Shown: positions 20,111 through 29,583, numbered from the stretch's first letter. The stretch: 60,412 nt of DNA from Leptolyngbyaceae cyanobacterium (GCA_965263355.1 CBDHHL010000022.1:1-60412), one strand, 5' to 3'. Program-made: numbers and translations. The notes: generated from the letters alone by a model not told the origin.

Positions 20111-20445
20111 TTAAATGTTTAATCATTCCTTTAATCATTTAATTGAATAAATGATTAAAGGAAATCGGTCAACGTGCGATCGCAAGCACCTAAGTCTCTG
20201 TCTGTGGGTCTAAAAACTCGCCTACATTTAGCGTTTCAGCATCTCCCTTCAGAATTTGCTGCCATAGCTCATCCGGTGAAGTACCGCGTTTCATCGCCAA
20301 GTAAGCAACACGTTCCCTAATCACTGGCTCTCTACCCTGCAATTCAGCACACAGTAATGACGTGGCATGGGTGGCAGCGGTGCGGCCTACCCAAAAAGCA
20401 ATGATTAAATGTTTAATCATTGCTTTAATCATTGTTTTAATCATT
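20106..20445. repeat. AATCATT arrays at 12-bp period
   Basis: AATGATTAAATGTTTAATCATT at 20106 and 20400, with further AATCATT at 20133, 20427 and 20439. Confidence 0.75.
20190..20387 (-). pseudogene. 5'-truncated duplicate of the 20496-20771 gene
   Basis: GRTAATHATSLLCAELQ..E..IRERVAYLAMKRG.SPDELWQQILKGDAETLNVGEFLDP shared; the apparent N-terminus is translated repeat DNA. Confidence 0.75.
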
Positions 20446-20495
20446 CAATCCAACTAAAGATTTGGAGGAGCTGGCTAACGTGCGATCGCAAGCAC

Positions 20496-20771
20496 CTAAG
20501 CCTCTGCCTCTGGGTCTAAAAACTCGCCTACATTTAGCGTTTCAGCATCTCCCTTCAGAATTTGCTGCCATAGCTCATCCGGTGAAATACCGCGTTTCAT
20601 CGCCAAGTAAGCGACACGTTCTCTAATTGCTGACTCTCTATCCTGCAATTCAGCACACAGTAATGACGTGGCATGGGTGGCTGCTGTCCGGCCATTAATC
20701 CAGCTATCTATTTCAAGCAAATCTCGATAAAACTCACCGACTGGAGCAATAGAAAAGCGATTGGGAGCCAT
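20496..20771 (-). CDS. Hypothetical small protein
   Basis: 91-aa ORF with a conserved adjacent duplicate. Confidence 0.7.
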   Translation of the reverse strand: MAPNRFSIAPVGEFYRDLLEIDSWINGRTAATHATSLLCAELQDRESAIRERVAYLAMKRGISPDELWQQILKGDAETLNVGEFLDPEAEA

Positions 20772-20788
20772 TGATCGTATTGGGGTGT

Positions 20789-20970
20789 TTGAAGCGAAGC
20801 TGAAACGAAGTGCAATAAGGCTAAAGGTGAAGCCTGAAACCCCGAAACCTCGTTAACTGCTGAGCCAAAATTAGATTTTCCGCTAAATTTACAGTACAAA
20901 ATAACTCACCTAAACCCCTTGCAGAGCAATGTTTTCGAGCTTATTGCACCTGGTTGCAGCTTCGCTTCAA
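20789..20970. mobile_element. 182-bp MITE with 31-bp imperfect terminal inverted repeats
   Basis: TTGAAGCGAAGCTGAAACGAAGTGCAATAAG vs reverse complement of 20940-20970 TTGAAGCGAAGCTGCAACCAGGTGCAATAAG (28/31). Confidence 0.75.
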
Positions 20971-21173
20971 TTAGGCCTTAATCGAACATCAGCTACTAGT
21001 CCTGCTCTTTTCAGTTTTCGAGAACTTAAACCCGCAGCATTCGTAAGGTGTCGTCGATGCTGAAGGGGTTCTCTGGCTCAGTCGATGCGATCGCAAGTGC
21101 CAAAGACTCAAAAAACTATGCGCAGTTAATTGCTATACGCTGTCGATATGGCGGACTCATGCGATCTCAAAAT

Positions 21174-21728
21174 TTAAGCCTTTTCCACCTTCCATGCTGA
21201 TTCCGTTCCATTTTTCCCTTGGCGAATAAATCGGAACCCGTAGCGCTCGAACTCATTGCCAGTAATGCTAGATAGCTCAAGAATCTCACATAGCTGGCTA
21301 GTGCTTGGCCGCCAATCATGATCGGCAATTGCCTGAAGATCCCTAAACATGGCTAGCCGATCTTTAGGAGCCACTGGCTGCTGTACATTAGCTAGCAGCA
21401 ATCCAATCAGATCACGAGTCGATAGGTCTGAACTGTCCTGTCTGGCCAGACTGTCCGGCCAGACGTCTGGTTGAGTAGTGGATTTTGAGTTAGCTCCTAA
21501 CGCCTGTTCAGCGGCTTCTTCAGTGGTAAACCCCTGCTCAAGCAATGCGGCAATGCTGTCTAGATGGCCTAGCAGCTCACTACTAACAAAGGATCTGCGC
21601 CCACGTCTGACAGGAACTAAGGACGGATCGATTTTCTTGATAGCATCCAGCCTTACATAAATTTGAGACCGGTTTACCCCATATCGCTCCATCAAGGATG
21701 CAACCGGTAGCCCATCAAGTTCACTCAT
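21174..21728 (-). CDS. HTH DNA-binding protein, cassette A gene 1 (paralog of 43165-43722)
   Basis: LPVASLMERYGVNRSQIYVRL HTH-like N-terminus; C-terminus FERYGFRF...GKNG...AWKVEK shared with the paralog. Confidence 0.8.
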   Translation of the reverse strand: MSELDGLPVASLMERYGVNRSQIYVRLDAIKKIDPSLVPVRRGRRSFVSSELLGHLDSIAALLEQGFTTEEAAEQALGANSKSTTQPDVWPDSLARQDSSDLSTRDLIGLLLANVQQPVAPKDRLAMFRDLQAIADHDWRPSTSQLCEILELSSITGNEFERYGFRFIRQGKNGTESAWKVEKA

Positions 21729-21966
21729 CGTCCAACCAATGCAACAGGGATAGTTTATCGACTAGGGCAATGAAACGAGATGTCCTTTTTATTGTCTGGC
21801 TTTATAGCTCTTTATATATAGGCGTTGTAGAAATCGTCTTGTGAGGTGTCTGGAGTTTTGCTATAAGATATTTGTGCGTGAGCCGCACACCTATTCGCAC
21901 GGTCAAGCACAGTAGGCGTGCATCTGGCTCACACTCTGAAACCCTTGTAGTCATAGGATTCAACTT

Positions 21967-22539
21967 ATGAATAGCACAAATCCGCGCACGGTTGCGGACA
22001 TACAGTCGCACACGTCCGCACATTACTCCGCACAAACAATCGCACAAACGCACAATGTCTCGGAGTCGACTGTGCGAACTCGCTGGTTTGATTGGTTGGT
22101 TAAGGTAGCTCCGGCTGAATTGTTGAAGGATGATCGGGGGTATACCGAGCTGGCCCGAACTCTATTTAATGAGTTTGCTGAGGTGAAACTTTGCGATCGC
22201 AATCAGTGGGTCACCGATACCAAAGCCCACTATGCCCAAGAATGGAGCAATGCCGGAGTGATTGAAGGCGAGCTGATGCCTGATAGCGTTAGCAGCGCCC
22301 TGGCCCTACGCCAGACCCAGAACGGCATGATGCAGCAGTCTATTGCAGAGGAGCTGGCCGACTTGGAGAACTTTGTGGATCAGCTAGCGGTGACAGAGGC
22401 AGATTTTTCTGATGCAGAGCTGGCGTCATTTAAATCGGCAGGTCAACGTCGAGGCATGATGCGGTACAAGCTGGAACTGCAGGCAGAGATGGACACCTAC
22501 GGTCAGCTGAAGCAGCGACGGATGGGGGGTGGCCAATGA
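21967..22539 (+). CDS. HTH plus helical protein, cassette A gene 2 (paralog of 43980-44564)
   Basis: YSAQTIAQTHNVSESTVRTRW HTH; C-terminal half near-identical to the paralog. Confidence 0.8.
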   Translation: MNSTNPRTVADIQSHTSAHYSAQTIAQTHNVSESTVRTRWFDWLVKVAPAELLKDDRGYTELARTLFNEFAEVKLCDRNQWVTDTKAHYAQEWSNAGVIEGELMPDSVSSALALRQTQNGMMQQSIAEELADLENFVDQLAVTEADFSDAELASFKSAGQRRGMMRYKLELQAEMDTYGQLKQRRMGGGQ

Positions 22540-22888
22540 CGCGAAAAATCTGATCGGGGTGTTGTGGATTGCGATCGCAACCACGAATTGTCCAAACGAC
22601 CTGCAACTATTTCAAACCGCACCAGTTGAAGCGGTCGAGCCCTCCGCAGCGCCGCCGTCCGGTCTGCAACCCTACGGTGTAGACGGTAAGCTGAGCGAGG
22701 CAGATATTAAAGCGTTGCTATATCTTCAGTTCCCTCAGTCCTATGATGCCATCTCGGATCGGTTTGGCTTCCCGGCCTATCGAGATAGCACGTCTGACTA
22801 TTATGGATTGCCCAATGGTCGATGGGTGGCAATTCAGTACTCAGGCAGAACGGCAACCGGCATTAAATTTAGTGATTCTGGAGATTAA
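22529..22888 (+). CDS. Small exported/membrane-anchored protein, cassette A gene 3
   Basis: Paralog of 44561-44908; the ATG homologous to the paralog start is out of frame here, so start is uncertain. Confidence 0.65.
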   Translation: MANDAKNLIGVLWIAIATTNCPNDLQLFQTAPVEAVEPSAAPPSGLQPYGVDGKLSEADIKALLYLQFPQSYDAISDRFGFPAYRDSTSDYYGLPNGRWVAIQYSGRTATGIKFSDSGD

Positions 22889-22902
22889 GACGGAGTACCC
22901 TA

Positions 22903-23394
22903 GTGAGTAACACCACTGCATCAAGCATGATGAAGTTACCCGAGCTAAAAAAGCGCGTTAAACGCACCTGGGATATGTTGCACACAGGCTTTGCCATTCA
23001 GCCTGGGCAATTTGACCAGGACGTTAAAGCCTTTGGCGATCGCAGGTTTAAAAAGACCTGGGTAGCTGCATTATGCAGATTTGAAGCTATGTTCGCCATT
23101 GAAAGCTGCCTAGACTCTTGGATGTTGCTCACTAACACCTTTGCCTTTCGACCCGAGCGCTGGGACTACGAATACCGTCACCAAATCTTTGATGAATTCC
23201 TGATGTATCCCGAGGCTGTAGAGGCGATTAAGACGGGGCTAGAGGACTTGTTTAGCAAGGATTTCAGCAATCAAGAGAGAGAACAAGCAGATGGGTTTTT
23301 TAGATTACTGGAAGAACGAGAAAGATCGGATCGAACCATCGGATTCTCAGCTAGACCTATTGGGGAACTCGCAGAAGCTGGGGCCGCAGCGTAA
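22903..23394 (+). CDS. Hypothetical protein, cassette A gene 4
   Basis: Paralog of 44923-45420 (FGDRR.K.TWV.ALC.FEAM, WDYEYRH.IFDEFL.YPEA); GGAG RBS before the GTG. Confidence 0.78.
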   Translation: MSNTTASSMMKLPELKKRVKRTWDMLHTGFAIQPGQFDQDVKAFGDRRFKKTWVAALCRFEAMFAIESCLDSWMLLTNTFAFRPERWDYEYRHQIFDEFLMYPEAVEAIKTGLEDLFSKDFSNQEREQADGFFRLLEERERSDRTIGFSARPIGELAEAGAAA

Positions 23395-23732
23395 ACGGGT
23401 TGATGGGGTTACCGTCTTTAGACGGTTTACAGACTCTATTAAGGCGAATGGTGGTGATGGAGAGTGTTATAAGCAGGCGGTGGTTACGGAAACTGCTGAG
23501 TTATTGCACTGTCCGTCAGCTCTATCAAGAAACTGGGGCTAAGCGTTTTAAGCGTGACACGCTTCCCCACGAGGTTCAACAGGCCTATATGGCGAATGAA
23601 ACCTTTGCAGCTTATGAGCTAGAGCGAATGGAGGGAACTATTGGTGGAGAGTCTCAGGAAGAAGTAAATGAGCGGATTAATGCCGTGGTTAAGCAGGAGT
23701 CTAAGCAAACTAGAAGGCGACTTCCGTGGTAG
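23291..23732 (+). pseudogene. Frameshifted cassette A gene 5
   Basis: ORFs 23291-23542 and 23400-23732 join to match 45317-45763, with a ~4-nt loss near 23503. Confidence 0.8.
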
Positions 23733-24273
23733 GGCTCGCCTAGCTGGTGGTAACCCATGGCTTGTTTTATCGTCAGAGACTGTCAAACTCCAACAGGCGA
23801 TCTCAATGTTATTTGAGCCTGAAGAGTATGAGTCTGTGGTGTCAATGCTGGATGATTTCCAGATTGATAGGTGTCCAGCCTCGCTTTATCTGAAACTTGC
23901 AGCGGTTCGCTGCAGCGGGGGGGCACTGCAGCGGCTTGAGGATGCGATTGAGGTGGGCAATCGGGATTTCCGTGATTTGCTGATGAATGCTGGATTTGAG
24001 GGTGCTAATGCTCATTTGAGGTGGGTGCCACGCCCTTTTCATCAACGTGATGCAGACCATTGGCTGGCTGGTGGCGAAATAGAAGGCGTCAACTTTGGTC
24101 CCGATGAGAATGCTTGGTATCTGACGACGATACGACGACGAAAAAAGGATGCCAAGGTTATTTCGCTGTATGCGCTGGAACCAGGTGTGATTTATTTGGT
24201 TCGTTATTTGTCAGGTAAGGAGGAACTGGTGGCACAAAGTCATCTCATCAAACGTGAGAGTACAGACGATTAA
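23668..24273 (+). CDS. Hypothetical protein (start uncertain, probably downstream)
   Basis: Open frame with protein-like LKLAAVRCSGG.L..LE.AI.....DFRDLLM.AGF. Confidence 0.55.
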   Translation: MSGLMPWLSRSLSKLEGDFRGRARLAGGNPWLVLSSETVKLQQAISMLFEPEEYESVVSMLDDFQIDRCPASLYLKLAAVRCSGGALQRLEDAIEVGNRDFRDLLMNAGFEGANAHLRWVPRPFHQRDADHWLAGGEIEGVNFGPDENAWYLTTIRRRKKDAKVISLYALEPGVIYLVRYLSGKEELVAQSHLIKRESTDD

Positions 24274-24488
24274 ACCAGAATTACATCTACATCATGCGCA
24301 GGCCTGTACTCACCCAACAGAATTACCACCCCCACAGCACCCAATTCTCCCATCAAAGCATCGCGTCAAGCCAAGCTTGCAGCCTCCGTCATCCAGCGTC
24401 CGCAGCATCGCAACAGCGCTCAAACTCCGGCCACAAGTCCGCTTGACACTGCGTTATCCCAAATAACCAACGTACTGCCATTGGGTAG

Positions 24489-24761
24489 ATGGGGCGCGTT
24501 GCGTTGGTTTTTTCTATGCGTTCTGTCCCTTTTGAGTTTGTGTCTGGTTTAGCCGCTGAGTTTGGCGCAGTCGAGTGCTGCTGGCGCGAGTCTGAGCGCT
24601 CGTTTACTGGCTACGTGGCCGAGTGCTGGTTTGCGCAGCTGCCGTCAGCGTTTGCGACTAAGTGGGCGGCGGTGGTTGGTTACCAGGTGCGGGTGCGTTG
24701 TGTGTCCGCTGGGCCTGCGCGGTTTGCGGTGTCGGTGCCGGTGGTGGTGCCTGAGGGGTAG
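24489..24761 (+). CDS. Hypothetical small protein in G/T-skewed DNA
   Basis: 90-aa ORF; biased composition, weak support. Confidence 0.4.
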   Translation: MGRVALVFSMRSVPFEFVSGLAAEFGAVECCWRESERSFTGYVAECWFAQLPSAFATKWAAVVGYQVRVRCVSAGPARFAVSVPVVVPEG

Positions 24762-24979
24762 GTGTTGCTTAAGGGGGGCAGCGTGGGGGGCGAGTGCGAG
24801 TGCGGTTGGTGCGTTAGTTGGTTGGGGTTGCGGTCTAGAGGGCCTATGCTTAACCTAAGCCAGGGAGTATGGCAATGTTCTGAGTATATAGACTTCTTCT
24901 CAATCTTTGACTAGACTTCAGGGAGGACCGCAGGAAGGCTCTAAGGATATTTTTCCACTAACGAGGAGTTGATGATTCC

Positions 24980-25195
24980 ATGCCCCCAGAACCCCTGCTT
25001 CATTTAAGAGCTGCGATTAAGCGTGGTTGTCACCCTGATGACAGAGATATCATTTGGTTGGCGCAGAATTTGCATTATCTTGAGTCTTTAGAAACGGAAA
25101 TCCAAACAGTTGCACAACATTGGTTAGACGAAAAGAAATCATTGGTGTTGTCATCTCTTACAGTATTGGGGGACAGTCTTAGTCTTTCAGAGTAG
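24980..25195 (+). CDS. Hypothetical protein
   Basis: GAGGAG upstream of the ATG; 71 aa. Confidence 0.4.
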   Translation: MPPEPLLHLRAAIKRGCHPDDRDIIWLAQNLHYLESLETEIQTVAQHWLDEKKSLVLSSLTVLGDSLSLSE

Positions 25196-26185
25196 GTACG
25201 TCTCAGCTGTTCTCAACTGATTGATTTAACGGCTGGTCACTGTGTTGCATTTATGAGAATAGAGATAACAAGCCAGGTCCAATATCGATTGATACAATCA
25301 ACCAAACCCTGTATCCCACTCACTATCATTTTTTAATACGAGGGGCTTCACCCTGCATCCATTTTTAGATTTGAGATATATGAGAGTTTTAAGAATAGGC
25401 AGAAAGCCTGCCAGCAGAAGACTACGTGGGGATAAAGGCAGTTCATTGCATCCTAAAATACGCCATTTATGAGAAAAAGGTGTCGCTACTCAGTATCATT
25501 TTCCCAAAGATTTTTTTTGCTCAAAAGAAAATATCAGAAGCCCTTTTGCAACAAGACATTCAATCGAAATATCCTGAAAATATTTTCTGAAATACTATGA
25601 TCTTTTTAAAGAAATGTGGCCGGTAATGTTTCTAGTTGCTAGGCTGTTGTCCATGAATTGTTTGTGATGCAGTTTGCGATGATTACCTATGCATCATGCC
25701 TAATTCACAATTCACCTGTTCCATCGCTGATTTGGAGAATGATTGTAACTGTTGTTACCGCAGTTTATCAATAGGCCGAAAATACTTCATATCAAGGATC
25801 AGCAACGTTTTATATCCAGAAGATTGCAGCATACCTCAGCAGGGCAAACGCATACTAAATTAAAACTCCCAATCATCCACGTTACAAAGCTTTGAGCCTC
25901 TATCACTCTGTTTGCAAGCATTTGAGTAGTACCCAATCAGAAGGAAAATAGGTACTTACAGCGCTCCATTATTGAGAATTTAGTCAACAGTCATTTTTGG
26001 ATAAACGGCTATAGCATTTTCACCCAGGCAATTGAGACTGATCCAGTGAGTATGCGTGTGCCCTGCATCCCTGAGCGACTGCCTTGACATTTCCACCCTA
26101 ATAATACTTTGACATCAGTACAGTCCTGGGGTTGTTCTGCCTTGTTGCTAAGGCTTGGCCTCAGGTGTCTTTGGAGATTTTCAAC

Positions 26186-26995
26186 ATGAAGAATATGCAA
26201 GGAAAGACAGCTCTGGTCACCGGAGCCTCGCGTGGTATTGGCCGTGCGATCGCAATCGAACTTGCCAAACAGGGGGTTAGCTATATCTTGCTGATCGCCC
26301 GTAATCTTCGAAAACTGAAGGAAGTGGCAACAGAAATTCGCCAGTATGGGGCTCAGGCTATTCCCTTGTCCGTTGACCTCACCGAGTCAACTGCCGTTAA
26401 TATTGTTGTCGCCCAGGCCTGGAAAGATTATGGTCCGTTTGACCTGTTAGTCAACTGTGCCGGTATTGCCTATCAGTCCAATTTTCTCAAAACACCCTTG
26501 GGGCAGGCTAATGCCGAACTATCCACCAATTTGATGGGATTGTACCTTGTTACCTGGCTGGTGGGACGTCGTATGGCTGTTCGCCGTCAGGGGACCATTG
26601 TTAACGTCTCTAGTCTCATGGGTAAAGTTGCTGCTCCTACCATGGCCACCTATTCAGCCACAAAATTTGCCATCGTGGGCTTTACCCAAGCCCTACGCCA
26701 CGAACTAGCCCCCCATAACGTTCGAGTCGTTGTGTTGCTACCATCGCTTACAGACACTGATATGGTACGGGAGTTTAACGCATTCCGCTGGGTGCTACCC
26801 CTTAGCACCGAACAGGTCGCTCAAGGCCTAATGACCGGTCTTAAAGCTCGTAATTCAGAAATTACCGTTGGCTGGCAAAGTCACCTGGTTCTCTGGTTCC
26901 ATCGTTTCTTGCCACAGCTCATGATGGATGCCATCATCCGCCTATCTAATTCTGGCTCGCCCACACCAGCCTATCCCAAACCAAAGGGTATTTAA
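26186..26995 (+). CDS. Classical short-chain dehydrogenase/reductase
   Basis: ALVTGASRGIG, LLVNCAG, IVNVSS, YSATK catalytic motif; GGAG RBS. Confidence 0.95.
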   Translation: MKNMQGKTALVTGASRGIGRAIAIELAKQGVSYILLIARNLRKLKEVATEIRQYGAQAIPLSVDLTESTAVNIVVAQAWKDYGPFDLLVNCAGIAYQSNFLKTPLGQANAELSTNLMGLYLVTWLVGRRMAVRRQGTIVNVSSLMGKVAAPTMATYSATKFAIVGFTQALRHELAPHNVRVVVLLPSLTDTDMVREFNAFRWVLPLSTEQVAQGLMTGLKARNSEITVGWQSHLVLWFHRFLPQLMMDAIIRLSNSGSPTPAYPKPKGI

Positions 26996-27151
26996 TCGAC
27001 TCTCTGCGGAATCGGTGATACTCTAGCACTCCCTAGATTTCCGGCAGGTTATATCTGGTCCCGGAAGTCTAGAGTAATTTACAAAGTCTCCTCTGGTAAT
27101 ACGTCAAGTCACGTTGGGGAAATCCCCGATGTTTTCCCATCACACGCCTAC

Positions 27152-27180
27152 AAAAAGCCCCCACCAGATCGGCAGGGGCT
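27152..27180 (-). terminator. Intrinsic terminator
   Basis: Minus strand AGCCCCTGCC-GATCT-GGTGGGGGCT-TTTT; conserved at 30086-30114. Confidence 0.75.
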
Positions 27181-27304
27181 CTAGAGTGTGTGTAGGGAAA
27201 GTCAGAAGAGAGAAGGGTGCCTCATGAAAGATAATGAAGCTTCACAGATGTACGGAGACGCACTCGGCACCCAAACTTGGTTAGCCTGAATACGCCCCGC
27301 TCTG

Positions 27305-27868
27305 TCAGCGGACGACGGACTTAGTACGAGCGTCTAACGCATCTAGGCGAGCTTCCTGGATGTTGTCGACTGCTTTAGTCCGGGCATCTAATGCGTCTAA
27401 ACGAGCAGCTTGAATATTCTCAACGGCCTTAGTTTGGTTGTTAAGGTGCTCAAGGCGTAGCTTATGAACGCTGTTCTTAGTGCGGGCGTCTAGGGCATCT
27501 AAACGAGTAGCCTGAATATCCTCAACGGCTTTGGTCTGGTTGTTGAGGTGCTCCAGACGTAGTTTGTGGACGGAGTTCTTAGTGCGAGCGTCTAAGGCTT
27601 CTAGACGAGCTTCTTGAATATTATCGACGGCCTTAGTGCGGGCATCTAGCGCTTCTAGGCGAGTGGCTTGGATATCTTCGATGGCCTTGGTCTGGTTATT
27701 GAGGTGCTCAAGGCGTAGTTTGTGGACGGAGTTCTTAGTGCGAGCGTCTAGTTCTTCGAGGCGAGTGGACTGGATGTTGAAGCTAGCGGGCTCAATGGCA
27801 GAGGCAACGGGTGCAATAGCGGCTGTCGCAACGAGAACGGTTAAAGCGGAAAGAAGTGTGCGTTTCAT
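27305..27868 (-). CDS. Secreted protein made of nine 16-21-aa repeats ending in TK
   Basis: Signal peptide MKRTLLSALTVLVATAAIAPVASA, then two unit types, IQ..RL(E/D)ALDARTK and NSVHKLRLEHLNNQTK; GGAG RBS. Confidence 0.88.
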   Translation of the reverse strand: MKRTLLSALTVLVATAAIAPVASAIEPASFNIQSTRLEELDARTKNSVHKLRLEHLNNQTKAIEDIQATRLEALDARTKAVDNIQEARLEALDARTKNSVHKLRLEHLNNQTKAVEDIQATRLDALDARTKNSVHKLRLEHLNNQTKAVENIQAARLDALDARTKAVDNIQEARLDALDARTKSVVR

Positions 27869-28072
27869 GGTTAAAGCTCCTTGTGAATTCGTGAAGTGTG
27901 TTTGTTTGCTTCATTGATTACAAGAATGCCGGGGGTAGCTGAACGCTATCTGACGGGTAACTGAAGGTTGCTTAAGGCGTTTCTGAGATTGGCTGAGGAA
28001 AGTTCGTGATACCCGTCACTGGGCAGTTGCTTGCGATGGTACGCTTGTATTGAAATCAGCGTTGCCCATCAA

Positions 28073-28879
28073 GTGTTAGAAACCGGTCAGATTATCCCCA
28101 TACAGTTCAAAGGCCGTTCGTTCAACGCAATTGTGATCGATCCTGACGGGTTAGGTGCTAATAAACCCACTATCGGCGTGGGGTATCGGGGTATGAGTCG
28201 CCATACAAATGTGCCTCTTTCAACCTTCGTTAAGAGGGTGATTCATAACGAGGGAGGTAGCCATCTCAAACTCCCATCTGGAAAGCTTTTTAGGGTGATT
28301 CAAATTGAGGCTAATGATAATAATGTCTACAATGTCATTGAGGTATCGGACTGGGTTGATTTGGTCTCCGATTGACTTAAGAATCCAGGCAAACTTGGAG
28401 CAAAAGCGAGAAATGGTCTGATTGACTTCCTCGCTTGGTATGCGGCTGAGGGTCTTTATGCGGCGGCCTATACATTCTTAAAGCAGACCTATACCCGTGA
28501 GGATAATGAGGTTGTCCAGCGTTGGCTGGTGGCCCGTGAGGCGGGGAAGCCTGCCCGTCAAGATTGGAGTTATACGATTGCGGAGCAGGGGGGCGGTAGT
28601 CCGTTTAAGTATGGCCAGTGGACAAACTATGTTTATAACGGCCTGTTTGGAATGAATGCGGCGGAGATGAAAAAGCTCTGGGAGGAGCCGGTCTCTGGTA
28701 GTAAAGCAGTGGCTCGTAACTATATTCCTGAGTCTATGGGCCTGGAGATGGTGGCTTATTGTGAAAAGCTGGTTTCGATTTTGGAGTTTGAGGATCTAGA
28801 GCAGGCTCACGATGAGGCGGTTCGGCTAACTCAGATGAAGTATCGAAAGCGGTTGTCTGCGACAGGTGAGGGTGATTGA
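28073..28879 (+). pseudogene. Paralog of 19304-20110 with an in-frame TGA at 28373-28375
   Basis: DWVDLVSD*LKNPGKL vs DWVELAKDWAQNPGKL; the frame continues intact after the stop. Confidence 0.85.
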
Positions 28880-29127
28880 GGGGATGATGGCGGTCTGTAG
28901 TATGTGACAGTGGGCCGCTGCCAGTGGCCGAGATCGGGACAGTGGAATGAGGGTTTGAGGGTGGTTGGTGGTGTGACAGTTGAGTTGCGTATAGTCCACA
29001 GAGCATGTCTTGCGCTAGGGCGAAGCCGCTCCAGCGGAGCATCGCAAATCCAAAGCCACCAAACCTGGCTGTCCCTAAACAAGTTCAAGGAGCTTGCTCA
29101 TAAGCTATACTTGGCCAAGAGAATAAA

Positions 29128-29238
29128 GATCGGTTGGTAACTTTTGTTTCTAGTATTAACGAGTTTTCGCGTTTTTCCATTGACATTCCCCTTCTCGAAA
29201 CTTCCCTCTACATATCCCCTAAGGTTTGGAGAAAATCT
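29128..29238 (+). promoter_or_regulatory. Conserved rbp 5' leader boxes
   Basis: TTTGTTTCTAGT (29143-29154) fits the TTTGTTTNNAGT box I recall from cyanobacterial rbp leaders; TTCTCGAA box and GGAG RBS follow. Confidence 0.55.
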
Positions 29239-29511
29239 ATGTCAATCTATGTAGGCAATCTATCCTACGACGTTAGAGATGATGATCTAACGACTGCATT
29301 CACAGAGTATGGAACGGTTAAGAGTGTTCATCTCCCCACTGATCGTGAAACCGGTCGCATGCGCGGTTTCGCTTTTGTGGAAATGAGTACTGAGTCTGAG
29401 GAAGCGGCTGCCATTGAAGCACTCGATGGTGCCGAGTGGATGGGGCGTGATCTAAAGGTCAATAAAGCTAAGCCCCGTGAAAATCGTGGTGGTGGCCGCA
29501 AAAGTTGGTAG
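29239..29511 (+). CDS. rbp: RRM-type RNA-binding protein (cyanobacterial Rbp)
   Basis: MSIYVGNLSY (RNP2), RGFAFVEM (RNP1), ALDGAEWMGRDLKVNKAKPRE, short Gly-rich tail. Confidence 0.97.
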   Translation: MSIYVGNLSYDVRDDDLTTAFTEYGTVKSVHLPTDRETGRMRGFAFVEMSTESEEAAAIEALDGAEWMGRDLKVNKAKPRENRGGGRKSW

Positions 29512-29583
29512 CAGCTTTGCCCGTGGCTACTAAATCGTGCCGTTAAGTCATTTTTAGTCATTTGGTTGTAGAAGCCAGATCTA

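Larger units (their letters stand above)
27152..27997 (-). repeat. ~850-bp direct repeat, copy 1 (promoter, peptide-repeat gene, 3' element)
   Basis: Near-identical to 30086-30938 over the CDS and upstream region; more diverged downstream. Confidence 0.92.

Noticed and set aside
20388..20444. N-terminus MIKTMIKAMIKHLI of ORF 20190-20444
   Set aside because: It is the translated 12-bp AATCATT array, not protein sequence
27305..27868. Periodic repeats here, at 46190-46362 and at 50840-51350 as CRISPR arrays
   Set aside because: No unique spacers between constant repeats; they are coding tandem repeats or iterons, and there are no cas genes
28373..28375. TGA as recoded Trp or selenocysteine
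   Set aside because: Other genes in the window use TGA as a normal stop and TGG for Trp; a single instance is better explained by mutation or error
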